64,000 bases of DNA from a virus, in the IMG/VR virus record IMGVR_UViG_3300021091_000012. The stretch is one strand, 5' to 3'. How positions within the stretch are numbered: the stretch's first letter is position 1; the number at the start of each line of letters is the position of its first letter. Below are positions 39,267 to 47,380 of the stretch, in pieces. The notes under the pieces were generated by a model. The model ran no database searches and was not told the origin of the DNA. It saw nothing but the letters and a program-made list of their open reading frames with translations. The position numbers and the translations under genes are program-made.

Positions 39267-40061
39267 TTATAGTTTCCGTATCGTTTTATAATTTATTACT
39301 CTAGTCGGTTTAATGATAAACTCATTCCACAACGATGTTGCACCACCAATATCTAGTGTATCTAATTTCATACACAAGTTACTCCTTTCTCCTGGATAAG
39401 CAAGTCTGTACATGTTTACTGCTCGATTACCTCTATCGGTTGCTAAAGATTTCACATCACTACGAAAAGCTGCTCGTAGATTCCCTTCTAGCAATACCAA
39501 CATATTACTCTCTTTTCTAAAGAATGGCTTCCATTGTTTAGTGAAAGTGCTTATCGCATATGTATGATTGCTATTGATTGAATCTTCAATATTCTTTAAC
39601 CCTTGCTCAGTCGTCCAATGCTTTGTTTCAACTTTGTAGGTAGTTGATCCGTATACAGACACAACAAAGTCATCATCCAAAAGCACATAAGGCTCTATAT
39701 CTCCTCGTGAAAAAAAGTAAGCAATCTTTACTTCATCTAAAAAACTACTATCAGCACTATCTTGGTAAAAATATGAACCAAACTCTCTACGCAATCCCCA
39801 CACTCTATGATTAACGAAATCTTCAATAAAATCTAATACGTTTTTTTGAGTAAGTTGATCAAATAGTTGGGTTTCAACAAACAACTGATGTCCAAACCAC
39901 CTCATTACTAGCTGAGCTAATTTTGGATCTGAATCTAAAATTCCACCTCTCGTATCAACTCCCCTTTTTTGCAACAAAAGAAAAAGTCGAGCAATATCCT
40001 CCCATTCTGAGATTGTAGCAAAACATGACTCTGGACGAATATATCCTCTTACTTTCATCAC
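39267..40061 (-). CDS. Hypothetical late protein
   Basis: 264-aa ORF with late motif at 40063-40070. Confidence 0.6.
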   Translation of the reverse strand: MMKVRGYIRPESCFATISEWEDIARLFLLLQKRGVDTRGGILDSDPKLAQLVMRWFGHQLFVETQLFDQLTQKNVLDFIEDFVNHRVWGLRREFGSYFYQDSADSSFLDEVKIAYFFSRGDIEPYVLLDDDFVVSVYGSTTYKVETKHWTTEQGLKNIEDSINSNHTYAISTFTKQWKPFFRKESNMLVLLEGNLRAAFRSDVKSLATDRGNRAVNMYRLAYPGERSNLCMKLDTLDIGGATSLWNEFIIKPTRVINYKTIRKL

Positions 40062-40079
40062 TTATAAATAGATGTTCTA

Positions 40080-40133
40080 AAAAGAAACTACCTCAGGTAG
40101 CCATATTTGAAGTGGTTATAATAGCTATAGCCA
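40080..40133 (-). repeat. Degenerate copy of the 3' multi-hairpin/terminator element at 46065-46136
   Basis: aaactacctcaggtagccatatttgaagtggttataatagctatagcca aligns with aaaccactccatgtagcgacacttgaagtggttaaaaatggccatagcca. Confidence 0.6.
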
Positions 40134-40146
40134 GTATATAGTTCAA

Positions 40147-40728
40147 TCATACTTTTGGAATACCAATCAACACCTTAGTCTTTACTGGACCATCGGTAAG
40201 CTTTCTACTGTAACTTCCATCAACATTCATCTTAATATCTTTATTGAGAACCTTGCGAATCAAAGCCTCATCCTTTATATAATCAACTCCCAACTTAGCA
40301 GCTAGATCGATATCAACCTCAGCATAAAAGCCTCGCTTTTTCATATAGTCGATCATTTTAATCATACCAACTTTCTTAGCCGCACTACTACCATCTTGAC
40401 CAAAAACAGTCATCTTAATACCAGCTGGAGTAGTCTTTCCACCAATTATGGCATCTATCTCAGGATCAACATCTATGTCATTTGCAATCCAGAAATCTAG
40501 TTCTGATTTTTTTATATCGTCAGCATTCTTAAACTCGAAGTTTCCTCCTTTGGCAGTATAAGCGCTAACAATAATATCAATGATTTCATCGGCGTAAGTC
40601 TTCACAACATCCTTAGGTAGTTGGATCCACTTATTCTTTTCGTAAGTATCAGCAAAGGCTTCTGGTAGTGGGAATTTTAATTGTGCCTGAGTTATGCTTC
40701 CAAATAGTATATCTTTAAGTTTAATCAT
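40147..40728 (-). CDS. Hypothetical protein with MIKLKDIL leader (putative internal virion protein)
   Basis: 193-aa ORF with the shared leader. Confidence 0.65.
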   Translation of the reverse strand: MIKLKDILFGSITQAQLKFPLPEAFADTYEKNKWIQLPKDVVKTYADEIIDIIVSAYTAKGGNFEFKNADDIKKSELDFWIANDIDVDPEIDAIIGGKTTPAGIKMTVFGQDGSSAAKKVGMIKMIDYMKKRGFYAEVDIDLAAKLGVDYIKDEALIRKVLNKDIKMNVDGSYSRKLTDGPVKTKVLIGIPKV

Positions 40729-40748
40729 AGCTGTATCACAAACTCTCC
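40714..40748. repeat. 35-bp direct repeat of a gene junction (second copy 47366-47400)
   Basis: 34/35 identical; encodes ...GEFVIQL-stop overlapping MIKLK. Confidence 0.85.
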
Positions 40749-40802
40749 TTTTCCATATATATCTCCTTTGTAAGATTCACAGCACCTTTGCAAAAATCTT
40801 AA

Positions 40803-41477
40803 TCATGCAAACTTTTTAAGTCTGTTTTTATTTACTAAAGCCCAATCCTTCCAGATTTTCTTTACTGTAGGCCAACTAGTTCCATACAAATCAAACGTAG
40901 CCTTATAGTCATTATAATAATCTTCAAGAGCTTGATCAAAGGTAATTTTGTTAACTTTAGCTCGTTTTAACAGACCCTTAACGTAGGCTGGAATCTCTGT
41001 ATTACTAATTAAATATAAGAAATGATTAGGTGCTTGTGGTGCATCCTCAGGATAAGCGAGTGGCTCATCGTATCTATTAGATACAATATACATATCTTCA
41101 AAATTCTGCTGGCCAACATGCTCAAACTCATGTTCGATAGTCTCTTTAATCTCAGTAACAAACGCAGCCATTGCTTGAGGAAATTGCTTGGGATTGTATT
41201 CTACATTTATCTCCAGGTAATCATTATCTCCCTTTCTGTTGGGACCAAACCCTGCAGCTATCGAAAAAGCAATATCTTGTTTAGGACGTTTGTAAAATTT
41301 AACATCAAGATTGACTTCTGCCTCTTCTCCTGCTCGTGACATAGTAAAGTAGTCAGTGTATTGTCTCTCTCCAGACTTAAAAGCATTAACAATATCACGA
41401 GAAACCGCCAACACAAACTGCTCGCGAGTAGTTTCCTCGCCTGTCAGCTCTTTTAATATACATCCAAGCTTAATCAT
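40803..41477 (-). CDS. HExxH-motif protein with MIKL leader (possible zinc metallopeptidase)
   Basis: MIKLGCILKE leader; ETIEHEFEHVGQ and downstream EIPAY; late motif at 41514-41521. Confidence 0.6.
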   Translation of the reverse strand: MIKLGCILKELTGEETTREQFVLAVSRDIVNAFKSGERQYTDYFTMSRAGEEAEVNLDVKFYKRPKQDIAFSIAAGFGPNRKGDNDYLEINVEYNPKQFPQAMAAFVTEIKETIEHEFEHVGQQNFEDMYIVSNRYDEPLAYPEDAPQAPNHFLYLISNTEIPAYVKGLLKRAKVNKITFDQALEDYYNDYKATFDLYGTSWPTVKKIWKDWALVNKNRLKKFA

Positions 41478-41535
41478 AAATAAAAGAAAAGCTCTTGATA
41501 TAAGAACCTTTACTATAAATAGTACCTAGTTGGGA

Positions 41536-41742
41536 TTACCGTTTGGAAGCTATTAACGCTACGACTCCAATTATTGCACATATAACCAACACAATACTTA
41601 AAGGAATCCAAAGTGGAGCAGTAACCCACCACCACGACCAATGTTGTACTGGACCCATCTCGGCAAGCTTGAGTGTTAAAAATATTAAGAACAATATAGT
41701 TCCTAATCCTAATCCGTTACTAGTGTTTTTATTCTCTCCCAT
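41536..41742 (-). CDS. Small membrane protein
   Basis: GLGTILFLIFLTLKL ... WSWWWVTAPLWIP; two TM helices. Confidence 0.65.
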   Translation of the reverse strand: MGENKNTSNGLGLGTILFLIFLTLKLAEMGPVQHWSWWWVTAPLWIPLSIVLVICAIIGVVALIASKR

Positions 41743-41887
41743 GTTATTTGTTTCTATTTTTAGAAAACTTGTCTAGGATTTCAAATCCCCATCTCATCAA
41801 AGCAATTGTACTAATCATAAAGTACAAATAAACCAACTTTCCGATCATTTCTTGTGACATATCTCTAATTTTTATTTATGCAACAGT

Positions 41888-42103
41888 TTAGCGAAATAAA
41901 GTTACTATTCCACCAAAATAATTATCAAATACTTGAATCAAGTTTTCATAGTCTCCGGCAGTCATTTCTTTCTGAACTTGAGCTGCATTTAAGCTATATC
42001 TAGCACTCAAACTTTTAGCAAGTCCTAACAAGTAAAACGCGTTTCCTTGAGGACCAGTAAGATCTACCTCAATTATTGATTTTATGGGTTTTGTTATTAT
42101 CAT
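41888..42103 (-). CDS. Phage hypothetical protein
   Basis: DLTGPQGNAFYLLG ... MTAGDYENLIQVFDNYFG; AGAGATATG start context like other early genes. Confidence 0.65.
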   Translation of the reverse strand: MIITKPIKSIIEVDLTGPQGNAFYLLGLAKSLSARYSLNAAQVQKEMTAGDYENLIQVFDNYFGGIVTLFR

Positions 42104-42108
42104 ATCTC

Positions 42109-42303
42109 TTATTTTAAAAACGTTAATTGCAAAGTGTTAACTAGGTCAACCACATCATTCTTGTTGATATTGGGTTTCTTAAACTCCTTCACTACCTCAA
42201 GTACAATATCTTGAGCTTCTTGGAAACTTTTACCTTCCTTAATCATCACCATTCTAATGGCAGCTTCGAAGGTTTTTTGAGCTTTGTTTGTGATTGTTTT
42301 CAT
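42109..42303 (-). CDS. Hypothetical early protein
   Basis: Preceded by the early promoter motif. Confidence 0.6.
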   Translation of the reverse strand: MKTITNKAQKTFEAAIRMVMIKEGKSFQEAQDIVLEVVKEFKKPNINKNDVVDLVNTLQLTFLK

Positions 42304-42317
42304 ATCTCTTTCTTTTA

Positions 42318-42353
42318 TACCTAAAGGTCAGGACTATATTTCAATTAGGCAAC
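42318..42353 (-). promoter_or_regulatory. Early promoter GTTG-N20-GACCTTTAG
   Basis: Repeated motif with the 20-nt spacing of Bacteroidota -33/-7 promoters. Confidence 0.65.
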
Positions 42354-43154
42354 AGTTTCGGTAGAAAATTTCATCTCATTTAACTGAGAAAGTAAATCTG
42401 TTGCATTGTGGCTTGGAAACTTGAGACTCATTCTCTCTAATCGACCATCAGCATAAACTCGATACTCTACTTGAACTCCGTTTTCAAGAACGACATCAAT
42501 CTTATCATACTCTTGATATCTACTAGAAGGACTACCGTAGTGATTAATTTTATAACCACGTCCGGAGTTGATCTTAGCGTTAGGGAATTGTTCCTTTAAG
42601 TTAGCAACAGCTGTTTCAATAGCACTCTTTTGTTTGTTGTTATACAACTCTTGAGCTTTTATAGATTCAATTGTCTCTTCGATCAACTCAACAACTTTCT
42701 TACCATTTTTGTAACCACGATTCGAAGTTTTGTAGTCAATACCAGGACCTGAGACATACATCTTATATCCACTACTAGATCCTCGGTAATTCCACTTACC
42801 ATACACTATGTGTTCGATCACTGAGATTTTGTATCCGTTTAAGGTTAAGTGGACATTAGTCTCGGTATAGTTAAAAACCTTAACCACTTCACCACCATAA
42901 GTAACATTGTACTTTTTCTTCTCTGTCTCGACTACAACCTTACAACCAGCAACGGTAGCAGCAAAATCACGAGCAGCTGCGTTTTGTTGAGCATCTCTTT
43001 TGACATAACCTTCAATCTGAGCTCGAGCACGTTTAATCTCATTCTCGATTGCAATTTGTTTTTGAGCAGCAGCTTTCTTAGCGGCTAACTCTTCTTGTTG
43101 ACGTTTCGCTTGGATCATTTCCAATTCTGCGGGGGTTAAATTAATTGTATTCAT
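42345..43154 (-). CDS. Hypothetical early protein
   Basis: 269-aa ORF preceded by the early promoter motif. Confidence 0.7.
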   Translation of the reverse strand: MNTINLTPAELEMIQAKRQQEELAAKKAAAQKQIAIENEIKRARAQIEGYVKRDAQQNAAARDFAATVAGCKVVVETEKKKYNVTYGGEVVKVFNYTETNVHLTLNGYKISVIEHIVYGKWNYRGSSSGYKMYVSGPGIDYKTSNRGYKNGKKVVELIEETIESIKAQELYNNKQKSAIETAVANLKEQFPNAKINSGRGYKINHYGSPSSRYQEYDKIDVVLENGVQVEYRVYADGRLERMSLKFPSHNATDLLSQLNEMKFSTETVA

Positions 43155-43169
43155 ATCTCTTTTTATTTA

Positions 43170-43205
43170 TACCTAAAGGTCAGAACTAATTTTTGTATTT
43201 GCAAC
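43170..43205 (-). promoter_or_regulatory. Early promoter GTTG-N20-GACCTTTAG
   Basis: Minus strand GTTGCAAATACAAAAATTAGTTCTGACCTTTAGGTA. Confidence 0.7.
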
Positions 43206-43232
43206 AGTTGTGCAAAACTTTTTTAAATTTTT

Positions 43233-44321
43233 TTACTCATAATTTCGGATAGCTGTTACTTTTGGAAAGCGTGGCTTACCGTCAGGAGTAATGTTAAAGT
43301 ACTTGATCGTAGCTTCTTGACCGATTAATGTATCTCTTTCACTCCACAGCTCCTTAAGGTGATCCCATCCACCATTAACTGAGGCTGTGAACTTATCTCC
43401 TTGTGTTGTTTGGAATATTAATGCTCCGATCATTCCAGCTAGATTTCCATTACCCTCTTCATACCCTACGATTGTGTACTCCTCATCAATGAATGACTTA
43501 TGCTTGAGTAATGACTTAGAGCGTTTGTTCTCATACATACTGTTTAGTCTTAGCATCTGACCTTCATATCCCTGACTTACATACTCACTGTAGAATGTAT
43601 TAACATTCTCAGCAGACTCTACATAGTTAGTCTCGACTAACACACAGCAAAGTGGTAACTTCATCTGTTGCAGTGCTGTGTATCTCTTTGTAAACACTTC
43701 ATCGCAACTAGGTAAATCATAAATGTGGTACTCAATAACCTTAGCACTATCTTCTAGGTCCTTAGTTGTTGGCTTTGATTTCTTCACTAGTGATACAATA
43801 GCATTAAAGTCGTTAGCATACTTGTCAGCATACAATTCCCCATCGAAGATAAGATCCTGATCTTGTTCAAATAGTGGCTTGAGTGCTTCGAAAATGTGTG
43901 GAGCTGAGATGATTGGTTTTCCAGTTCTAGTCCACATTCCATCGTTACGTACAATACATCTAATACCATCTAACTTAGGTTGAGAGTAGATAGGATACTG
44001 AATCTTGTCAGCATAATCTTCCCACTTATTAGCTAGCATGGGTTTGAACATTGTACCATTATCAATATCGGATACGTTGGCAAAGTAATTACGTTCTGTA
44101 CGCTTTTTCCACTCAGCATTAGCCTCAGCTAACGCCTGACCTTCCGGTGTTGTTTCGTTACTTCTTCCGATGTTTTTACCTTGGCAATATGTCCATTCGG
44201 TAGTTGTTTTGACTCCATCAACATAACCGGAAATCGTACGATAACTATTACCTTCGACTTCAATTGTATGCTCCAAAACCTTTCCATTGGTAGCACGCTT
44301 AAATAGTGTTTGTAACTTCAT
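43233..44321 (-). CDS. ATP-dependent DNA ligase
   Basis: PMLA, SQPKLDGIRC (KxDG), FDGELY, YHIYD, YEGQMLR, LLKHK, KPRFP. Confidence 0.95.
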   Translation of the reverse strand: MKLQTLFKRATNGKVLEHTIEVEGNSYRTISGYVDGVKTTTEWTYCQGKNIGRSNETTPEGQALAEANAEWKKRTERNYFANVSDIDNGTMFKPMLANKWEDYADKIQYPIYSQPKLDGIRCIVRNDGMWTRTGKPIISAPHIFEALKPLFEQDQDLIFDGELYADKYANDFNAIVSLVKKSKPTTKDLEDSAKVIEYHIYDLPSCDEVFTKRYTALQQMKLPLCCVLVETNYVESAENVNTFYSEYVSQGYEGQMLRLNSMYENKRSKSLLKHKSFIDEEYTIVGYEEGNGNLAGMIGALIFQTTQGDKFTASVNGGWDHLKELWSERDTLIGQEATIKYFNITPDGKPRFPKVTAIRNYE

Positions 44322-44336
44322 ATCTTTTATTATTTA

Positions 44337-44372
44337 TACATAAAGATCACGACAATTAGTCGAGTTTGCAAC
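44337..44372 (-). promoter_or_regulatory. Early promoter GTTG-N20-GATCTTTATG
   Basis: Same motif upstream of the ligase gene. Confidence 0.6.
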
Positions 44373-44422
44373 AAAAACGTGTTTTATTTTTTACTTTTTT
44401 GCATAAAGTTATGAACCGTTTT

Positions 44423-44812
44423 TTAACGTTCGATTCCTAGCTGAGCGAGTGTGACAGGAGTGTAGTTTACATGCTCACACGACACACAATAGTATCGACG
44501 ATCAACGCGTTTAAACCAGTTAAACCCTAAAAAAGTAAACCACTTTTCCACGAACTTTTCGTGAATATGACCGTGAATAATACGCTTGACACGGTGGTCT
44601 AATTCCATTGGATGAACGGGGCAGTGAGACATCCAAATGCCCTTATATCGCATCATTGCTCCTACTTGGTCAACATACTTTAGAAGCTCAGGAATATGCT
44701 TGGGCATATCGTGGTTTCCGAGCACAACTTTCTTACGACCGTTCAAGCGATCCAACAGTGGATACGGTTTAAAAGACTCCATTGTAACGTCTCCTAAAAT
44801 GTAGGTCATATC
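44423..44812 (-). pseudogene. Calcineurin-like metallophosphoesterase, 3' part (interrupted gene)
   Basis: D-MTYILGDV, VLGNHD, MSHCP, IHGHIH; motif I is missing here and lies at 45621-45752. Confidence 0.9.
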
Positions 44813-44983
44813 GATTGGGTGTATGAGAAGGTTTGCTTAAATGAACTTTCAAATTACCACCAAACTTTATAGCAAACTTTCTTATACACCTTGTTATATG
44901 CAGTGTGGATTTAAACAGAAAATGTTAATACGAAGAACCTAACCTTTTTGTTTTATTTTGTGGGAGGAAAATTAAAATTTGAA

Positions 44984-44991
44984 TATTTATA
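44984..44991 (+). promoter_or_regulatory. Late-type promoter motif TATTTATA on the cassette's coding strand
   Basis: Same octamer found upstream of minus-strand late genes; here 22 nt before ATG 45014. Confidence 0.6.
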
Positions 44992-45013
44992 TATAATAAA
45001 ACTATTTAATAAT

Positions 45014-45538
45014 ATGAAACTAAGAAAAATTATAGCAACTACTATACGTGAGTATTTGAATGAACAACAAGAAACTGAAACCAACTTAAATAATAACTTT
45101 AAGAAATGGTTTGGAAATAGTAAAGTTGTTTATAACGGAAAACCACTACCTGTTTATCACGGCTCACCAGAAGAGTTTGATAGTTTTATGGGTGATACAT
45201 ATTTTACACCAGATTATTTTAATGCTGATGGATATGCTGGTGATGGAACGGTTTATGAAGTTTATTTGAGTATTAAAAGACCATTAATTGTAGATGGTAA
45301 AGATAAAAAATGGGATGATATTGAAACAGAATACGGCACATCAACAAGAGAAGTAGTAGCAAATGTTGATAGAAGTAAATATGATGGTATTATCTTTATA
45401 AATATAAAAGATGCTTGGTTTGATGATGTGGATTATCAAGATTCTGATACTGTTTATGTAACATTTAAACCGAACCAAATAAAACACGTTGAAAATGATG
45501 GAACTTGGGATATTGCAGATGATAATATTTTTTCTTAA
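45014..45538 (+). CDS. ADP-ribosyltransferase-like (ART-PolyVal-type) protein, cassette cargo
   Basis: FKKWFGNSKVV--GKPLPVYHGS, YFT, VYEVYLSIKRPL, YDGII, YVTFKPNQIK; leader MKLRKIIATTIREYLNE. The only convincing plus-strand gene in the window. Confidence 0.75.
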   Translation: MKLRKIIATTIREYLNEQQETETNLNNNFKKWFGNSKVVYNGKPLPVYHGSPEEFDSFMGDTYFTPDYFNADGYAGDGTVYEVYLSIKRPLIVDGKDKKWDDIETEYGTSTREVVANVDRSKYDGIIFINIKDAWFDDVDYQDSDTVYVTFKPNQIKHVENDGTWDIADDNIFS

Positions 45539-45620
45539 ATTTGTGCGGTGGAAAAAATAAAACAAAAAGAATATAACCACAAAACTTAATACGAAGAGAT
45601 AACGTAGCATTGCATATAAC

Positions 45621-45752
45621 ACGTTTATGTACGACACTATTCCACATTTTTATGACGTGTTCATCGTGCTCTTCTGCACTAGAAAATCCACGTTTTTTGG
45701 CCATGTTTTCGTGACCTAAATGTAGATCAGCAATGAATCTTACTACGCTCAT
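45621..45752 (-). pseudogene. Calcineurin-like metallophosphoesterase, 5' part (interrupted gene)
   Basis: MSVVRFIADLHLGHEN...WNSVVHKR, exactly 44 codons before the insertion. Confidence 0.9.
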
Positions 45753-45757
45753 ATCTC

Positions 45758-46003
45758 TTATTTATTTACTATTTTATCTAACCTCTCAACTTCCTCAGCT
45801 ACAACATCTAGCGCAATTGCATATCTCCGATCCGCTTCCTCATTCGGAACGAATCTAAAATTGTAGTCTGAATTTGGATTAATCATGTAACGACCTCCTT
45901 TATCGCCTTGAATAACAAATAACTCTAAGTGCCTAAGGAACTCAACAATAGTACCAAATAAAACCTCTTTTTTGTTTAGCGGGTTTGTGAATTTTACTCT
46001 CAT
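45758..46003 (-). CDS. Hypothetical early protein
   Basis: Start re-placed at ATG 46003 (MRVKF), after the early promoter and AGAGATATG context. Confidence 0.6.
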   Translation of the reverse strand: MRVKFTNPLNKKEVLFGTIVEFLRHLELFVIQGDKGGRYMINPNSDYNFRFVPNEEADRRYAIALDVVAEEVERLDKIVNK

Positions 46004-46019
46004 ATCTCTCTTAATTTTA

Positions 46020-46055
46020 TACCTAAAGATCCCCACATAAATCCGATTTTGCAAC
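46020..46055 (-). promoter_or_regulatory. Early promoter GTTG-N20-GATCTTTAG
   Basis: Repeated motif. Confidence 0.65.
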
Positions 46056-46064
46056 AGTTTAGGC

Positions 46065-46136
46065 AAAAAAAAACCACTCCATGTAGCGACACTTGAAGTG
46101 GTTAAAAATGGCCATAGCCATACGGTCCTAAGCCGT
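46065..46136 (-). terminator. Three-hairpin 3' element ending in an intrinsic terminator
   Basis: Minus strand ACGG-CUUAGGA-CCGU, AUGGC-UAUG-GCCAU, AACCACUUCA-loop-UGGAGUGGUU, then a U-tract. Confidence 0.7.
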
Positions 46137-46140
46137 CTTT

Positions 46141-46512
46141 TTAGTCTTTATATTCGATCAATAATTCACCCAAAACTTCGATTTTTCCAACCAATTTTTG
46201 GAACTCATTTTGACTGATATTTAGTCCTTTTTCACTGGTTGCTTTAGCGAGTTGATCGACTAAAGTTTTGTACTCTTCACGGCCTTTTTCCGGGTCAAAT
46301 TCACCCTTACTAGCCTTCTCATAGTACGGTAATTTCACGTTGAAATGGTAGTAAGTTAGCATGGCGTCACCACCCTTTTCCTTGGCGTTTTCAGCAATTT
46401 TTTCCGCACCTCCTAAACGCGTTTTAGCGAAAGATTTTTCGTCTTTTTCTTCTTTTTTCTCGCCTGGAGTTTTAGCTTCTTCGGCCTCTTTAAGTAGTTG
46501 TTTTAACTTCAT
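46141..46512 (-). CDS. Hypothetical protein with MKLKQLLKE leader
   Basis: Late-motif variant at 46527-46534; shared leader. Confidence 0.7.
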   Translation of the reverse strand: MKLKQLLKEAEEAKTPGEKKEEKDEKSFAKTRLGGAEKIAENAKEKGGDAMLTYYHFNVKLPYYEKASKGEFDPEKGREEYKTLVDQLAKATSEKGLNISQNEFQKLVGKIEVLGELLIEYKD

Positions 46513-46536
46513 TTCTCTGTGTTTATTATAAGTATA

Positions 46537-46719
46537 TCAAGGATTGTCTATACGATCAACAATAAAGCTATCCGTGCCCGTTCTAATATTCCACTGACCA
46601 TCAAATCGTGGAAGTTGCTTTTGTATATAGGCTAAGTATAGCTTACCGCGTTGGGTACCTTCAGGACCTGAAGCTCGGCCATAATCAAATTCCGCTAATA
46701 TGTCTCGAAGTTTAATCAT
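46537..46719 (-). pseudogene. Probable deletion-derived chimera (leader joined to the C-terminal end of a paralog family)
   Basis: MIKLRDILAE joined to QRGKLYLAYIQKQLP, which matches KRTKLYMAYFKKQMP of 47377-47835. Confidence 0.5.
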
Positions 46720-46879
46720 TACCCCGCTCTATAACTCCAATGAAATCAGTCTTTGAATTAGCAAAATCAGAATCCCCATCATCAAACGACTTGATAGTGT
46801 AGCCTTCATTTGACTTACGAATTAAGCAGATCTTTAAGCTTTGTTAATTTCATAATGTATTCCATTTAATATAAATATG

Positions 46880-47380
46880 TTATTTAATTTTAATAACAAC
46901 GTTTGCATTATCATGATCGCGCATAACTTGTGCGCCCGGAAATGTGCGTGTAATGAACCGTCTATATAAGGTATCACGTTTGTTGTTACTACCGAACTCA
47001 CCGGTCTTTTTAGATGGTTCATATACGATGGCTTGTACATCAAATTCAAACCGATTTTCAATTGCATCCTTTACGATAAGCATAATAGTTGCCATGATAC
47101 GATATAGATCACCTTCATTGGTAACAATTTTAGTTGACCAGCCTTGATCACCCCGACGTTGAGCTAGGAAGTCTATGCTGATTGCAGGTAAGTCTTGCTT
47201 CTGATCACGCGGGTTCGGATATTCACTGAAATCAGCTATATTCACTTCATACTCAGTACCTTTATCTGTTATGAATCGCGCTACCTGATTATCATATGAT
47301 CCTTGAGACATCCATTTATATTCAAATGGTTTGGCAGACCCTTCACCAATCTCCGTCAGCATATGTTTAAGTTTAATCAT
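46880..47380 (-). CDS. Hypothetical protein, MIKLK..EIGEG family
   Basis: Paralog of the next gene (EIGEG; F-TD---EY-V; TN-GD-Y--M-T; KR--LY). Confidence 0.75.
   Translation of the reverse strand: MIKLKHMLTEIGEGSAKPFEYKWMSQGSYDNQVARFITDKGTEYEVNIADFSEYPNPRDQKQDLPAISIDFLAQRRGDQGWSTKIVTNEGDLYRIMATIMLIVKDAIENRFEFDVQAIVYEPSKKTGEFGSNNKRDTLYRRFITRTFPGAQVMRDHDNANVVIKIK

Larger units (their letters stand above)
44813..45620 (+). mobile_element. 808-bp integron-cassette-like insertion with split attC-like site
   Basis: Removing it rejoins ...KR|DMTY... in frame. Left end GATTG-GGTGTATGAGAAGGTTTGCT..AGCAAACTTTCTTATACACC-TT-GTTATATGCAGTG; right end CATTGCATATAAC. Circularisation completes a ~94-nt AAC...GTT imperfect hairpin. 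No target-site duplication beyond one shared C; no transposase. Confidence 0.85.

Noticed and set aside
44813-45620. Self-splicing intron or IS element as the explanation for the insertion
   Set aside because: No group I/II core motifs were recognised, and there is no homing endonuclease, RT or transposase and no target duplication. The cargo is antisense and the ends form an attC-like hairpin.
45341-45752. ORF-track entries 45465-45752 (95 aa) and 45341-45637 as complete genes
   Set aside because: The first is the phosphoesterase 5' half reading into the insertion; the second is antisense to the ART-like gene.
46122-46136. Twister ribozyme (GGTCCTAAGCC resembles the P4/L4 region)
   Set aside because: The match is on the non-transcribed strand, and the complementary AGG pseudoknot partner and P1/P2 arrangement could not be found.
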